Positions 36,779 to 45,919 of a DNA stretch of 64,000 nucleotides are shown piece by piece. The number at the start of each line of letters is the position of its first letter. Position 1 is the first letter of the stretch. The stretch is from Deltaproteobacteria bacterium. GTDB taxonomy: Bacteria; Myxococcota_A; Polyangia; Fen-1088. The DNA is taken from positions 288,001 through 352,000 of the forward strand of contig JANRKS010000002.1 of the NCBI GenBank assembly GCA_033763315.1. The letters run 5' to 3'. A program made the translations under genes and the position numbers. The notes below the pieces were generated by a model, which saw only the letters and a list, made by a program, of their open reading frames with translations, did no database searches and was not told the DNA's origin.

Positions 36779-38524
36779 TTAGGGGGTGGCAGGAACGGCC
36801 GCCGGTGGTTCGGCCGGGTGATCTGTGGCCGCGGGGTCAACGGGGAGCGGCGCAGGCTCCGTGTGCACGGGAGCCACGGGCTCAGGAGGCGCGGCCTTAT
36901 CGGGCAAAGGCAGCGTGCCATCGGGCCCCACTGTCTCGGGGGGGGGCGGTCCAACCGAGGGTGGTGGCAACGCCAGCGTCGGGGCGATCACCGGGGCTTC
37001 TGCGCGTGGAGCGGCGGGCTTCGTGGCAGGGACCACAGGCGCCGCGGCCACACGCGGTTTTTCCAGCGGGGCTGTTTCCTTGGCGGCGGTTTTGGCCGGG
37101 TCTTGGATTGGCTCTTTGGTGGGCTCAGGACGGGGCGCTTCTGGGGCGGCTTCCTTGCGAGGCGCTTCTTTGGCCACGATGTCTTTGGTGGGTGCAGCAG
37201 GGGCGGGGGCGCGATCTTGGCCAACGGCGCTATCGACGTTCTGGCTGGCGAGGCCATCGCTTGCCTCAAGCGCTTTTCGCTGTTTGAGAACCTTCCAGAC
37301 GCCCGCCGCAGACGCACCAATCACGATCGCCATGACCAGCATGACGCTTGCGCTCGATCGCTTTGACGGAGCCGTGGATCGGATGGCCACGGGCGTTTCT
37401 TGGTCGATCCACGTGGGGCCGATGCGCAGGTCGGCCACGGTGGCCTCCGCCCCGGTCATCCGCGCCAACCGCTCCTTGCGAGAGGGCGGATCGTGCAACA
37501 GCGTGGGCTCCACGTTTTCGCCAAGCACCAGATCGTGCCCGACCTCGGCGATGCCATCCAATGATTCGTCCGGCTGGCCGAGAAAATGTTTGCCGATCGG
37601 AGGCTCGCCATCGAGCCGTGACAGCTCTGCCAGCCAGTGTTTCAGCTCCGTTTGGCCCGGTGACGAAAACACCGATCGCAGCGCGCTTTCGATGTCGGCC
37701 AACATCTCGTCCGCCGAGTTGTAACGTTGTTCGCGATCGAACTGCATCGCTCGATCGATGACGGCCGCGACCGCTGGCTCCATGCTTGGCATCACGGTCA
37801 ACGGCGGCGTCATCTCGCCGTTTTGCACCCGCAACAAAATCTCCAGATCGGTGGCACCTTCAAAAGGCCGCACGCCCGTGACCAATAGGTAAAGCAACGT
37901 GCCTAGCGAATAAAGATCCGACCGCGCGTCCAGCTCTTGCCCCATCGCCTGCTCGGGCGACATGAAGGCAATCTTGCCCTTCACGACGCCCGTGTCGGTG
38001 CTCTCGCGCTTGCTGCGTCGTGCTTTGGCGATGCCAAAATCGGCGAGCTTCACGTCACCTTGTTCGCTGATCAGGACATTCTGCGGGCTGACGTCGCGGT
38101 GAACGATGCCCAAGTGCTTGCCGCTGACGTTGGTTTTGCTGTGGGCGTATCCCAACGCGCGGCAGACTTGCGCCACGATGTACAAGCCGATCTCGGGGGG
38201 AACCGGCACGTGCGCGTTGGCGGCACGGCGAATGATCCGGCCAAGGTCCCATCCTTCGATGAGTTCCAGAACCAGGAAATATCGACCGCCCGCCTGGCCT
38301 AGATCCAACACCTGCACGATGTTGTTGTGCATGAGGCCCATCGAGATGTGGGCCTCGTCGATTAGCATGTTGCGGAACTGCTCGTCTGCGTAAAGCGCCG
38401 CATGGATGCGCTTGAGCACGACTGGTTTTTCGAATCCCTGCGAGCCGTGCTGTTTGGCGAGAAAAATCTCCGCCATCCCGCCTTCGGCGAGTTTCCGGTT
38501 CACGGTGTAGCGGCCGTGTTGCAT
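36779..38524 (-). CDS. Transmembrane Ser/Thr protein kinase
   Basis: GGMAEIF, VLK, HRDVSPQN, DFG, GKIAFMSPE; TM helix and Pro-rich tail. Confidence 0.95.
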   Translation of the reverse strand: MQHGRYTVNRKLAEGGMAEIFLAKQHGSQGFEKPVVLKRIHAALYADEQFRNMLIDEAHISMGLMHNNIVQVLDLGQAGGRYFLVLELIEGWDLGRIIRRAANAHVPVPPEIGLYIVAQVCRALGYAHSKTNVSGKHLGIVHRDVSPQNVLISEQGDVKLADFGIAKARRSKRESTDTGVVKGKIAFMSPEQAMGQELDARSDLYSLGTLLYLLVTGVRPFEGATDLEILLRVQNGEMTPPLTVMPSMEPAVAAVIDRAMQFDREQRYNSADEMLADIESALRSVFSSPGQTELKHWLAELSRLDGEPPIGKHFLGQPDESLDGIAEVGHDLVLGENVEPTLLHDPPSRKERLARMTGAEATVADLRIGPTWIDQETPVAIRSTAPSKRSSASVMLVMAIVIGASAAGVWKVLKQRKALEASDGLASQNVDSAVGQDRAPAPAAPTKDIVAKEAPRKEAAPEAPRPEPTKEPIQDPAKTAAKETAPLEKPRVAAAPVVPATKPAAPRAEAPVIAPTLALPPPSVGPPPPETVGPDGTLPLPDKAAPPEPVAPVHTEPAPLPVDPAATDHPAEPPAAVPATP

Positions 38525-38736
38525 GGCTAAGGGGAGCGGCTAAGGAGACGCCGATGGCGCCGAAAGAACACAAGCGTAAGCGGCCCAAGCATAGGCGTCC
38601 ATGTAGGTAAAGGAAAGCCTTTGATGTTTGTCAGTGGAGAATGGGGTCATTTACCCGCCTCCCGCGACCGTAGACTGGCCTTTTGAAGTGGATATTTCGA
38701 CAGCGGCTCATGTTTGTCGTTCCATTCGTCTGAACC

Positions 38737-40056
38737 ATGGATGTGTCGCTTCCCATTCCCCGCCCTGCGCCCCGCTTGCCCCTGCATGTGGCCGCGGTGG
38801 CCCTGGTGGTGTTCGCGGCCGGCACGCCGTTGGGGCTGTTTCGGTTAGGTGACGCCGCCGTGTTCTCATCGGCGGTCACTGGTCGCCACAGCGCGGCTTG
38901 GGCTCCCCCCGTGTTCGACGTGTGGAGCCTGGCCCTGGGGCGCTTGGCGCTCGCGCTACCGTTTGGCGCCTTGCCCGCCCGTTTGGCTCTGGTGTCGAAC
39001 GTTTTTGCTGCCGTGGCGCTTGGGCTTTGGGTGCGTGTGGGCCTGGAATTGGCGGGCTTGTTGCGGCCCCTGCCGCGCGCGCGCCTGACGGCCAAAGACC
39101 GGCAGCACGAGCCGGTGGCCGTTGTGGGCGCTGTGGCCTTGGTGGGTTTGTCGATGCCCTTGTTCGCGGTGGCCAGCCAGCCTGGCGGAGGCGCGGTGTT
39201 GTTGGCCCTCGTGGCCGGGTGGGTGTGGTCGGCGAGCGTATTGCTGCGCGACCCGAATGCGCCTCGCCCCGCGCTGTTTGCGGCCGCGTTGGCTGGCCTC
39301 GTGATCGGCTCCGCGCCGGCTCTGGGGGTGCTTGTGGTTCCACCCACGCTGGTGATTTGGGGGTGGGGGCTCAAACGAAAGGCGCGTTGGGCGCTGTTGA
39401 TGCCATTTGCTTATGCGGTGGGCGCGGGTGTTTTGGTCGCTTGCGCGGCGTGGGGCCGCGGGCCGTTGAGTCACTTCGCTGGGTGGTGGCGGGCGCTGAG
39501 CCTCGCAGACTTGCGCGATGCCACAGTGGATCCGCAAGCGTGGTGGCAGGGCGTTGTGGCCTTGGCAGATCACCTGGGCGTCGTCGGAGGGCTGCTCGTC
39601 GTCTTCGGGTTTGTGACGATGGTGTGGCGCCATCCCGGTTTGGCAGCGGTGGTGTTTTACAGCCTGTGGGCGACCATGTTGATGAACGCGCGTGTAGCTA
39701 CAGACGCGGCGTGGGATGGCAAATGGTTATTGTCCGCTTGGATGGGTGTTGCGGTTGTGCCTTTGGTGGCGGGGTTGCTGCATTTTGCGGGCAAGCTGGG
39801 GCGCGCGAAGTTACCTGGAACGATCGCGTTGGTGGTTATGGGCGCTGTGGCGCCGATGCTTTCGGGTGGTTGGGCCCGCTGGCGGCCCGACGTGCGTTTG
39901 GCAGATCATTTGTTGCTCAAAGCCGAGTGGGCTTTGCCCGTACACAGTTCGGTCGACCCGGGGTCGCTGCCACTGCGGCAGGTGTTCGAATACGGATCCG
40001 CGCTGGGGGTCAGGCCTGATTTGTCCCCGCGCGAAAGCCACGCCGCCAAGAATTAA
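38737..40056 (+). CDS. Polytopic membrane protein (DUF2723/GT-C-like)
   Basis: About 11 hydrophobic helices; family assignment is tentative. Confidence 0.55.
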   Translation: MDVSLPIPRPAPRLPLHVAAVALVVFAAGTPLGLFRLGDAAVFSSAVTGRHSAAWAPPVFDVWSLALGRLALALPFGALPARLALVSNVFAAVALGLWVRVGLELAGLLRPLPRARLTAKDRQHEPVAVVGAVALVGLSMPLFAVASQPGGGAVLLALVAGWVWSASVLLRDPNAPRPALFAAALAGLVIGSAPALGVLVVPPTLVIWGWGLKRKARWALLMPFAYAVGAGVLVACAAWGRGPLSHFAGWWRALSLADLRDATVDPQAWWQGVVALADHLGVVGGLLVVFGFVTMVWRHPGLAAVVFYSLWATMLMNARVATDAAWDGKWLLSAWMGVAVVPLVAGLLHFAGKLGRAKLPGTIALVVMGAVAPMLSGGWARWRPDVRLADHLLLKAEWALPVHSSVDPGSLPLRQVFEYGSALGVRPDLSPRESHAAKN

Positions 40057-40098
40057 CTTCAACCCCGAGTGCCAGCCGCGTTCGTTGCGTATGCTTTC

Positions 40099-40962
40099 GT
40101 GAACGTGCCGTCGCTCCTTTCACTCGTTTCGAATCATCGGGTGCTGCTGCTTACCGGCGCCGGTTGCAGCACGAAATCAGGCATTCCCGACTATCGCGGC
40201 GTTGATACGGGGCGTGCGCCAAAGCAGCCGATTCAGCACGCGGCTTTTTTGCGAAGCGCGTTCGTGCGGCGGCGGTACTGGGCTCGGAGTTGTTTGGGTT
40301 GGCCACGTTTCGCGGCGGCGCAACCGAATGCCACACACCTTGCCTGTGCGGCGCTGGAAGACCTTGGACGCGCGGTGGGCGTGGTTTCTCAGAACGTTGA
40401 TGGTTTGCACCAAGCCGCAGGCAGCCGCAGCGTAATCGAATTGCATGGCTCACTGTCGCATGTGACATGTTTGGCGTGCGGGCAGGTGTCCAGGCGCGCA
40501 GATCTGCAAGAGCAGATGTTGCAGAACAACCCCGGCTGGGTGCAGTTGGTGGCCGTGTCAGCGCCCGACGGCGACGCTGATTTGCCTGAGGAACTGGTGG
40601 AACGTTTTTATCCGCCTGCCTGTGCTTGTGGCGGGGCGCTGATGCCGAACGTTGTGTTCTTCGGCGGCAACGTAAAGCCACCTGTGCTTGAGGAGGCGTG
40701 GTCACTGTTCGGGCAAGCCGAGTTGTTGCTGGTGGTGGGGTCGTCGCTAACGGTGTTCTCTGGTTACCGTTTTGTTCGCAAGGCGGTTGAACGCGCCATG
40801 CCTGTGGTGATCGTGAATCGTGGCCGCACGCGCGGGGATGACGTGGCCGCCTTGAAAGTGGACGCTGAAGCGGGCGATACGCTTACAGCTTTGGTGCAAG
40901 GTCTTGCATCCGGGGCAGGCGTGAACGCTTCCTTGAGGGTGCGATCGCTCACGCGTCCTTAG
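40099..40962 (+). CDS. NAD-dependent protein deacylase (sirtuin, class II/SIRT4-like)
   Basis: GAGCSTKSGIPDYRG, RRRYWAR, QNVDGLH, ELHG, APDGDA, PNVVFFG, GSSL. Confidence 0.93.
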   Translation: MNVPSLLSLVSNHRVLLLTGAGCSTKSGIPDYRGVDTGRAPKQPIQHAAFLRSAFVRRRYWARSCLGWPRFAAAQPNATHLACAALEDLGRAVGVVSQNVDGLHQAAGSRSVIELHGSLSHVTCLACGQVSRRADLQEQMLQNNPGWVQLVAVSAPDGDADLPEELVERFYPPACACGGALMPNVVFFGGNVKPPVLEEAWSLFGQAELLLVVGSSLTVFSGYRFVRKAVERAMPVVIVNRGRTRGDDVAALKVDAEAGDTLTALVQGLASGAGVNASLRVRSLTRP

Positions 40963-41021
40963 CCATCGCTGTGTTTCATCAACGTTTGTGCTGTTCGATG
41001 TTGTAGCTTGCTCAGCGTCGT

Positions 41022-43796
41022 ATGCGTTGTCCTAGGTTTAAAAACATTTTGCTTCTGGGCCTTGTGGCCCTTGCGTTTGCCGTGAGCGCGCGACCGGTGC
41101 AAGCCGAACCAGCTCTGCCGGGTGTGGCCCGTTTGCTTGAGGCCGCAGCGCGAAAACGTGTGCCCCTCGCCGTCGCAGCGGAGGCCTTGGCATCCGAACT
41201 ACGCTGCACCCGTTGCCACGCGGGTAACACAACTTTGGAAGTGCCACTGGCGCCGCCCCTGGCAGATGTTGGTACGCGCGTGTCAGCGGCTTATTTGAAG
41301 GCATTTTTGCTGTCACCCAAGTCCTTGAAACCCGGCACGTCGATGCCCGACATGCTAGCCGGCGTGGCGAATCCCCAAGCCGTGGCCGATGATCTGGTGG
41401 CGTATCTGTTGAGCCGTGGTGGCCAGCTGCAAACGGGCGATGATTGGAGCGATTCGTTTAACCGCGACGACGGTGAGGCGTTGTTCAGCAAATTGGGCTG
41501 CGTGGCTTGCCACGGCTCACAGGCCGTTGCGCCTGACGCTGGTGAAACGTTTGTCCCGCTGGGGGCGCTGGCCCGCAAAACCACATTGGGGCAGCTGGCG
41601 GCGTTCCTTCAAGATCCAGCGGCTGTTAGGCCGGGCACGCGCATGCCGAATTTTCGATTGACCGATACAGAGAGCGCGGCCTTGGCGACGTACCTTCTGC
41701 GCGAACAGTTGCCCTCCAGCGCCGCGGAGGCCGCTCGTTTGTTGAAGCCAGGTGTGCGCTACGAATACTACGAAGGCAACGTCCGCGAAGGTCCGCCGGA
41801 CTGGAAGTCGATGACGTTCGTGCGTCGCGGCTTCACCGACACCTTCGCTCTTCCGCCGAAAATACGCGACACCAAGATAGCTTTGCGCTTCGACGCGGTT
41901 CTCAATGTGAAGCGCGCAGGCACTTACACGTTTTTCACAGACTCGAATGATGGTTCTGAGCTTTCGGTCGATAAAAGGTTGGTGGTGAACAACCACGGTT
42001 TTCATGGGTCATTGGAGGCCCATGGAAAGATTGAGCTCCACCCGGGTTTGCATGCGGTTACCGTGCTGTTCTGGCAGGACGAAGGCAGCAAGGGGCTCAA
42101 AGTGTCATGGGAAGGCCCGGGCTTGACGAAGCAGCTGATTCCGGCTGAGTTGTTGTTCGCGGCAGGTTCGGCCGCAATGAAGCCGCTTGGTTGGCAGGCC
42201 AGCCGTGTGGACGCAACGCAAGCGCAGCGAGGCGCCGCGCATTTTGCGCAATTAGGATGCGCCAGTTGCCACGACAAAGCGCAGCCGAACGCAAAACCAT
42301 GGCGTGCACTTGTCCCTGACCGTGGCTGCTTGTCGCCGTCACCCTCGGCCACGGCGCCAAACTTCAACTTATCAAGCGTTCAACGAGATGCTTTGAACAC
42401 GCATGTCAGGACGCGTCCTTCAAAGAGCCCAACCGATGCCAAGGCGCGGGGGCTGCAGTTGTTGGCCACCCACAACTGCGTGGCGTGCCACGAGCGCGAC
42501 GGGTTGGGTGGACCGGCCGCTTCCGTGCAAGCCAATTTCTCCCAAACCGTCGAGGTCGACCTTGGTGAAGAAGGACGTTTGCCGCCCACGTTGACTGGCG
42601 CAGGTGCGAAACTGCGCACGCAAGCCATTCGTCGCATCGTGGGTCACGCCGAGTTGCATGTGCGGCCTTATATGGCCACGCGCATGCCAACCTTTTCAGA
42701 AGCGTTCGCGAACACGCTTTCAAGCACCCTCGCCAAAGCCGATGCAGGCAACGCGTTTACGCCGAAGGTGGCGCCGCACAAGACGCGCGAGGAGGGGCGC
42801 CGGTTGTTGGGATTGTCCTCCGATCCGGCACGCACGGGGTTTGGGTGTGTGAACTGCCATGCGGTGGCCGGACACCCAGGCCCAGGGACACCGGGGCCGG
42901 ATCTCGCGCTGGCCACGCAGCGTCTGAACTACGCGTGGTTCGAGCGATGGCTCGCCGGGCCGCAAGCGGTTCGCCCCAACACGCGCATGCCTGCTTTTTG
43001 GGGTGACGAACCGTTGTTGCCTGATGTGGCTGGTGGCTCCGCGGTTAAGCAACGCGCCGCCATTTGGGCTTACCTTGCCCAAGGTGCCACGCCCTTGCCT
43101 GAGGGCTTGATCGTAAAGAATGCCGCGCGCGAATTGAAGGTGGGGACCGAGCCCATTGTCTATCGTACGTTCGGCAAGCAGATCGGTCCTCGCGCGATCG
43201 TGGTAGGCAACCCGGAACTTGTGCACGTGGCGTTTGACGCGAACGTGGTGCGCATGGCGCAAGCTTGGCGGGGGCGCTTTTGGGATCCGTCGGGCACGTG
43301 GACGGGCCGCGCGGGGTCGTTCCTCGAACCGCTGGGCGATCACGTACTGCCTTTCCCCGTGGGGCCCTCGTTTGCGCGTTTGCCCGAAGCCAGCGCACCG
43401 TGGCCACAACCGAAGCTCGACTCGCGTGAGCTGGGTGGCCGCTTTTTGGGCTACCGTCTCGACGAGCACCGGCGGCCGGTGTTTCGTTACGTCTTGAACG
43501 ACGTGACGATCGCCGAAGCGCACCGCCCGCTTGTGTCTGCGCAAGGCTTTGGTTTGTTGCGCAGCTTCACGTTCGACAAGAGCCCTAAGGATCTGACGTT
43601 TCTCGCTGGCGAGGGCCGCCACATCGAGAAGCAAAGGGCTGGACGCTACATCATTGACGGCCGTTTGACTTTGGCGTTTACGGGCCCGGTCGCGTCAGCT
43701 GCGCGCGTGCGGTCGGCAGGCCACGAAACGCAGCAGTTGGTCTTGGATCTGCCCGCGAACTTGCGGTCGTTGCAAGTGGAGATGTTTTGGCCATGA
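41022..43796 (+). CDS. Multiheme cytochrome c with PA14 domain (Planctomycete-type)
   Basis: Signal peptide; five CxxCH motifs (CTRCH, CVACH, CASCH, CVACH, CVNCH); repeated T[SR]MP; PA14 'YTFFTDSNDGSEL'. Confidence 0.85.
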   Translation: MRCPRFKNILLLGLVALAFAVSARPVQAEPALPGVARLLEAAARKRVPLAVAAEALASELRCTRCHAGNTTLEVPLAPPLADVGTRVSAAYLKAFLLSPKSLKPGTSMPDMLAGVANPQAVADDLVAYLLSRGGQLQTGDDWSDSFNRDDGEALFSKLGCVACHGSQAVAPDAGETFVPLGALARKTTLGQLAAFLQDPAAVRPGTRMPNFRLTDTESAALATYLLREQLPSSAAEAARLLKPGVRYEYYEGNVREGPPDWKSMTFVRRGFTDTFALPPKIRDTKIALRFDAVLNVKRAGTYTFFTDSNDGSELSVDKRLVVNNHGFHGSLEAHGKIELHPGLHAVTVLFWQDEGSKGLKVSWEGPGLTKQLIPAELLFAAGSAAMKPLGWQASRVDATQAQRGAAHFAQLGCASCHDKAQPNAKPWRALVPDRGCLSPSPSATAPNFNLSSVQRDALNTHVRTRPSKSPTDAKARGLQLLATHNCVACHERDGLGGPAASVQANFSQTVEVDLGEEGRLPPTLTGAGAKLRTQAIRRIVGHAELHVRPYMATRMPTFSEAFANTLSSTLAKADAGNAFTPKVAPHKTREEGRRLLGLSSDPARTGFGCVNCHAVAGHPGPGTPGPDLALATQRLNYAWFERWLAGPQAVRPNTRMPAFWGDEPLLPDVAGGSAVKQRAAIWAYLAQGATPLPEGLIVKNAARELKVGTEPIVYRTFGKQIGPRAIVVGNPELVHVAFDANVVRMAQAWRGRFWDPSGTWTGRAGSFLEPLGDHVLPFPVGPSFARLPEASAPWPQPKLDSRELGGRFLGYRLDEHRRPVFRYVLNDVTIAEAHRPLVSAQGFGLLRSFTFDKSPKDLTFLAGEGRHIEKQRAGRYIIDGRLTLAFTGPVASAARVRSAGHETQQLVLDLPANLRSLQVEMFWP

Positions 43797-45274
43797 ACAT
43801 GAAACAACTGCACGTGCGTTTTATCAGCTCGCTCATGTGGCTATGCGCGGCGTTGATGTTGCCTGGGCTCGTCCACGCAGAGGTCGAAGAAGATTTTTAT
43901 CCCATTACGGCCTTTGAACCCGGCGGCATCGAGCTGGAAGTGTCGGGCTTGACGGTGCTCGCCGATAATCGCCCGCTTGTGGCCACACGCGGCGGCGAAG
44001 TGTTCCTTGTGGAAGGAGCCCACGGAGATCCCAAGGCGGCGAAGTTCAAACCGTTTGCTTTCGGCCTCTCGACACCGCTTGGTCTGCTGGAGCAAAGCGA
44101 CGGCATCTATGTGGCCCAGCGAGGCGAGCTGACGCGGATGAAGGACACCGACGGCGATGGCCGCGCTGATTGGTTTGACACCATCTCGGATCAGTGGGAA
44201 TTGGGCGGCAATTATCACGAATACGCGTTTGGCCCGGTGATAGACAAACAAGGCATGATGTGGGTGACGCTGAACAAGCCGTTTGGTGATCAGCCTTATG
44301 GTGACGTGCCTTGGCGCGGCTGGGCGATGCGCATCGATCCAAAGACAGGCGCCACAACGCCTGTGGCCGCCGGCTTGCGCAGCCCTTCGGGCATCGAAGT
44401 GAGTCCCGCCGGCGACGTATTTTATTCAGACAACCAAGGCGAATGGTGCAACGCCTCGAAACTTTCGCAGCTTGAGCCAGGGGATTTTCACGGGCATCCG
44501 TTTGGTTCACGGTCCGCCAGCTTGCCCCGTTCAACGCTCCACGCGCCGTTGGAAAAGGATCTGCCTGCGGCCGCGTATATGAAGGATCTGTCGCGGACGA
44601 TCCCCAATTTCAAAATGCCAGCCGTGTGGCTGCCCTACGACAAGGCTGGCCAGAGCCCCACCGGCTTTCGTTGGGACACCACGGGCGGAAAATTCGGCCC
44701 CTTCGCGGGCCAAGTGTTCCTGGGCGATCAACATCATGCGTCCCTGCTGCGAATCTCTTTGGAAAAGATCAAAGGGCGTTGGCAAGGCGCGGTCTATCCG
44801 TTCCTCGAAGGCTTTCAAAGCGGGCTTGTGCGCGTGGCGTTTAGCAAAGATGGCGCTTTGTTTGCCGGCATGACGAACGCAGGTTGGGGCGGGCGGGGCA
44901 CGCGGCCCTATGGCTTGGCGCGCGTGAACTGGACGGGCAAAGTGCCGTTTGAGGTCAAGGAGATCAAAGCCACCCCACGTGGTTTCACCGTTGAGTTCAC
45001 GCAACCCGTGAATGAAGCCTCGGCTCGCGCAGCATTGGCCTTCAAAATCAAAAGCTACACGTACCGTTTGCGCAAAGACTACGGTGGACCCGAAGAAGAC
45101 GTCGCCGCCCTCACGGCGCGCGTGGCTTCAATAAGTGGAACGAAAGTGGAATTGTTCGTCGACAACCTTCGCGCAGGTTACGTGCACGAATTCGATCTGG
45201 CGGACGTGCGGTCGCACAGCGGTGGCAAGTTGCTTCACGCCGCCGCTTACTACTCACTCATTCAGATCCCTTAG
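43793..45274 (+). CDS. Exported glucose/sorbosone-dehydrogenase-like beta-propeller
   Basis: DTDGDGRAD, GNYHEYAFG, GLRSP.G, DNQGEW. ATGA overlap with the cytochrome gene. Confidence 0.8.
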   Translation: MNMKQLHVRFISSLMWLCAALMLPGLVHAEVEEDFYPITAFEPGGIELEVSGLTVLADNRPLVATRGGEVFLVEGAHGDPKAAKFKPFAFGLSTPLGLLEQSDGIYVAQRGELTRMKDTDGDGRADWFDTISDQWELGGNYHEYAFGPVIDKQGMMWVTLNKPFGDQPYGDVPWRGWAMRIDPKTGATTPVAAGLRSPSGIEVSPAGDVFYSDNQGEWCNASKLSQLEPGDFHGHPFGSRSASLPRSTLHAPLEKDLPAAAYMKDLSRTIPNFKMPAVWLPYDKAGQSPTGFRWDTTGGKFGPFAGQVFLGDQHHASLLRISLEKIKGRWQGAVYPFLEGFQSGLVRVAFSKDGALFAGMTNAGWGGRGTRPYGLARVNWTGKVPFEVKEIKATPRGFTVEFTQPVNEASARAALAFKIKSYTYRLRKDYGGPEEDVAALTARVASISGTKVELFVDNLRAGYVHEFDLADVRSHSGGKLLHAAAYYSLIQIP

Positions 45275-45744
45275 CGACGTGTAGATGGCTTGCTTGTGCG
45301 GGCGTGTTTCGCACGCGCGTGGCGGCTCGGCGCTTTGCGTGCCGTGCCTGCCGGCCGGGTGACGGTGCTTGGCTTTTTCGCGGCGGCCACGGCGGGCGCC
45401 TTGGCTGGCGAAGGTTGGACCTCAGTTGGCGTTGGCGGCGGCGCCACGATCTGACTCGAAGGCTCCGCGGATTTGCGCGCTTGACCTCCGCGAAACGCCA
45501 ACACGGCGGCCAAGACCATAAACAGCACGCCCGCGGCGATGCCCAGCTTTTGATAGAGCTCAAGCGCCGCCAGCTGCCCCAGCCAGCGCCGCCACCGCGT
45601 GCGCGGCACGCCGATCACCTCGGGGGGCGCCGTCATCTCCCCGGCTTCGATCGCCGCGGCGCGCTCGAAGAACAGCTTCTCCATGCCGTCGAAGGTTCCG
45701 GCGCGGCCGGTGCGTGCAGGTAAGGGCGTAAGATTGCGGCTCAT
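45271..45744 (-). CDS. Small single-TM hypothetical protein with basic tail
   Basis: EKLFFE motif, one TM helix, Pro/Lys-rich tail. Confidence 0.6.
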   Translation of the reverse strand: MSRNLTPLPARTGRAGTFDGMEKLFFERAAAIEAGEMTAPPEVIGVPRTRWRRWLGQLAALELYQKLGIAAGVLFMVLAAVLAFRGGQARKSAEPSSQIVAPPPTPTEVQPSPAKAPAVAAAKKPSTVTRPAGTARKAPSRHARAKHARTSKPSTRR

Positions 45745-45890
45745 TACGGTCGTCCGTGACTGCTAAAGGATAGCTAAGTTATGGAAAAAGCCCAAGCTGA
45801 GGACTTGCCAATTTGCATCGGCAGAAACGCCATCTGAGTCAAATTGGCAGGAATCGCGGCCCAAAGGCGCTAAAAAGCGTCTCGTTTTCA

Positions 45891-45906
45891 TGGTCTTGCG
45901 TTTGCA
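45891..45906 (+). promoter_or_regulatory. Putative sigma54 promoter
   Basis: TGGTCTTGCGTTTGCA (GG-N10-GC), with an upstream inverted repeat TGCCAATTTG/CAAATTGGCA at 45806-45849. Confidence 0.55.
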
Positions 45907-45919
45907 CACAAGGTGTTTC

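Noticed and set aside
40099-40962. Sir2 protein as an anti-phage (Thoeris/DSR-like) effector
   Set aside because: It has the Zn-binding Cys residues and class II deacylase motifs, stands alone, and has no defence partners.
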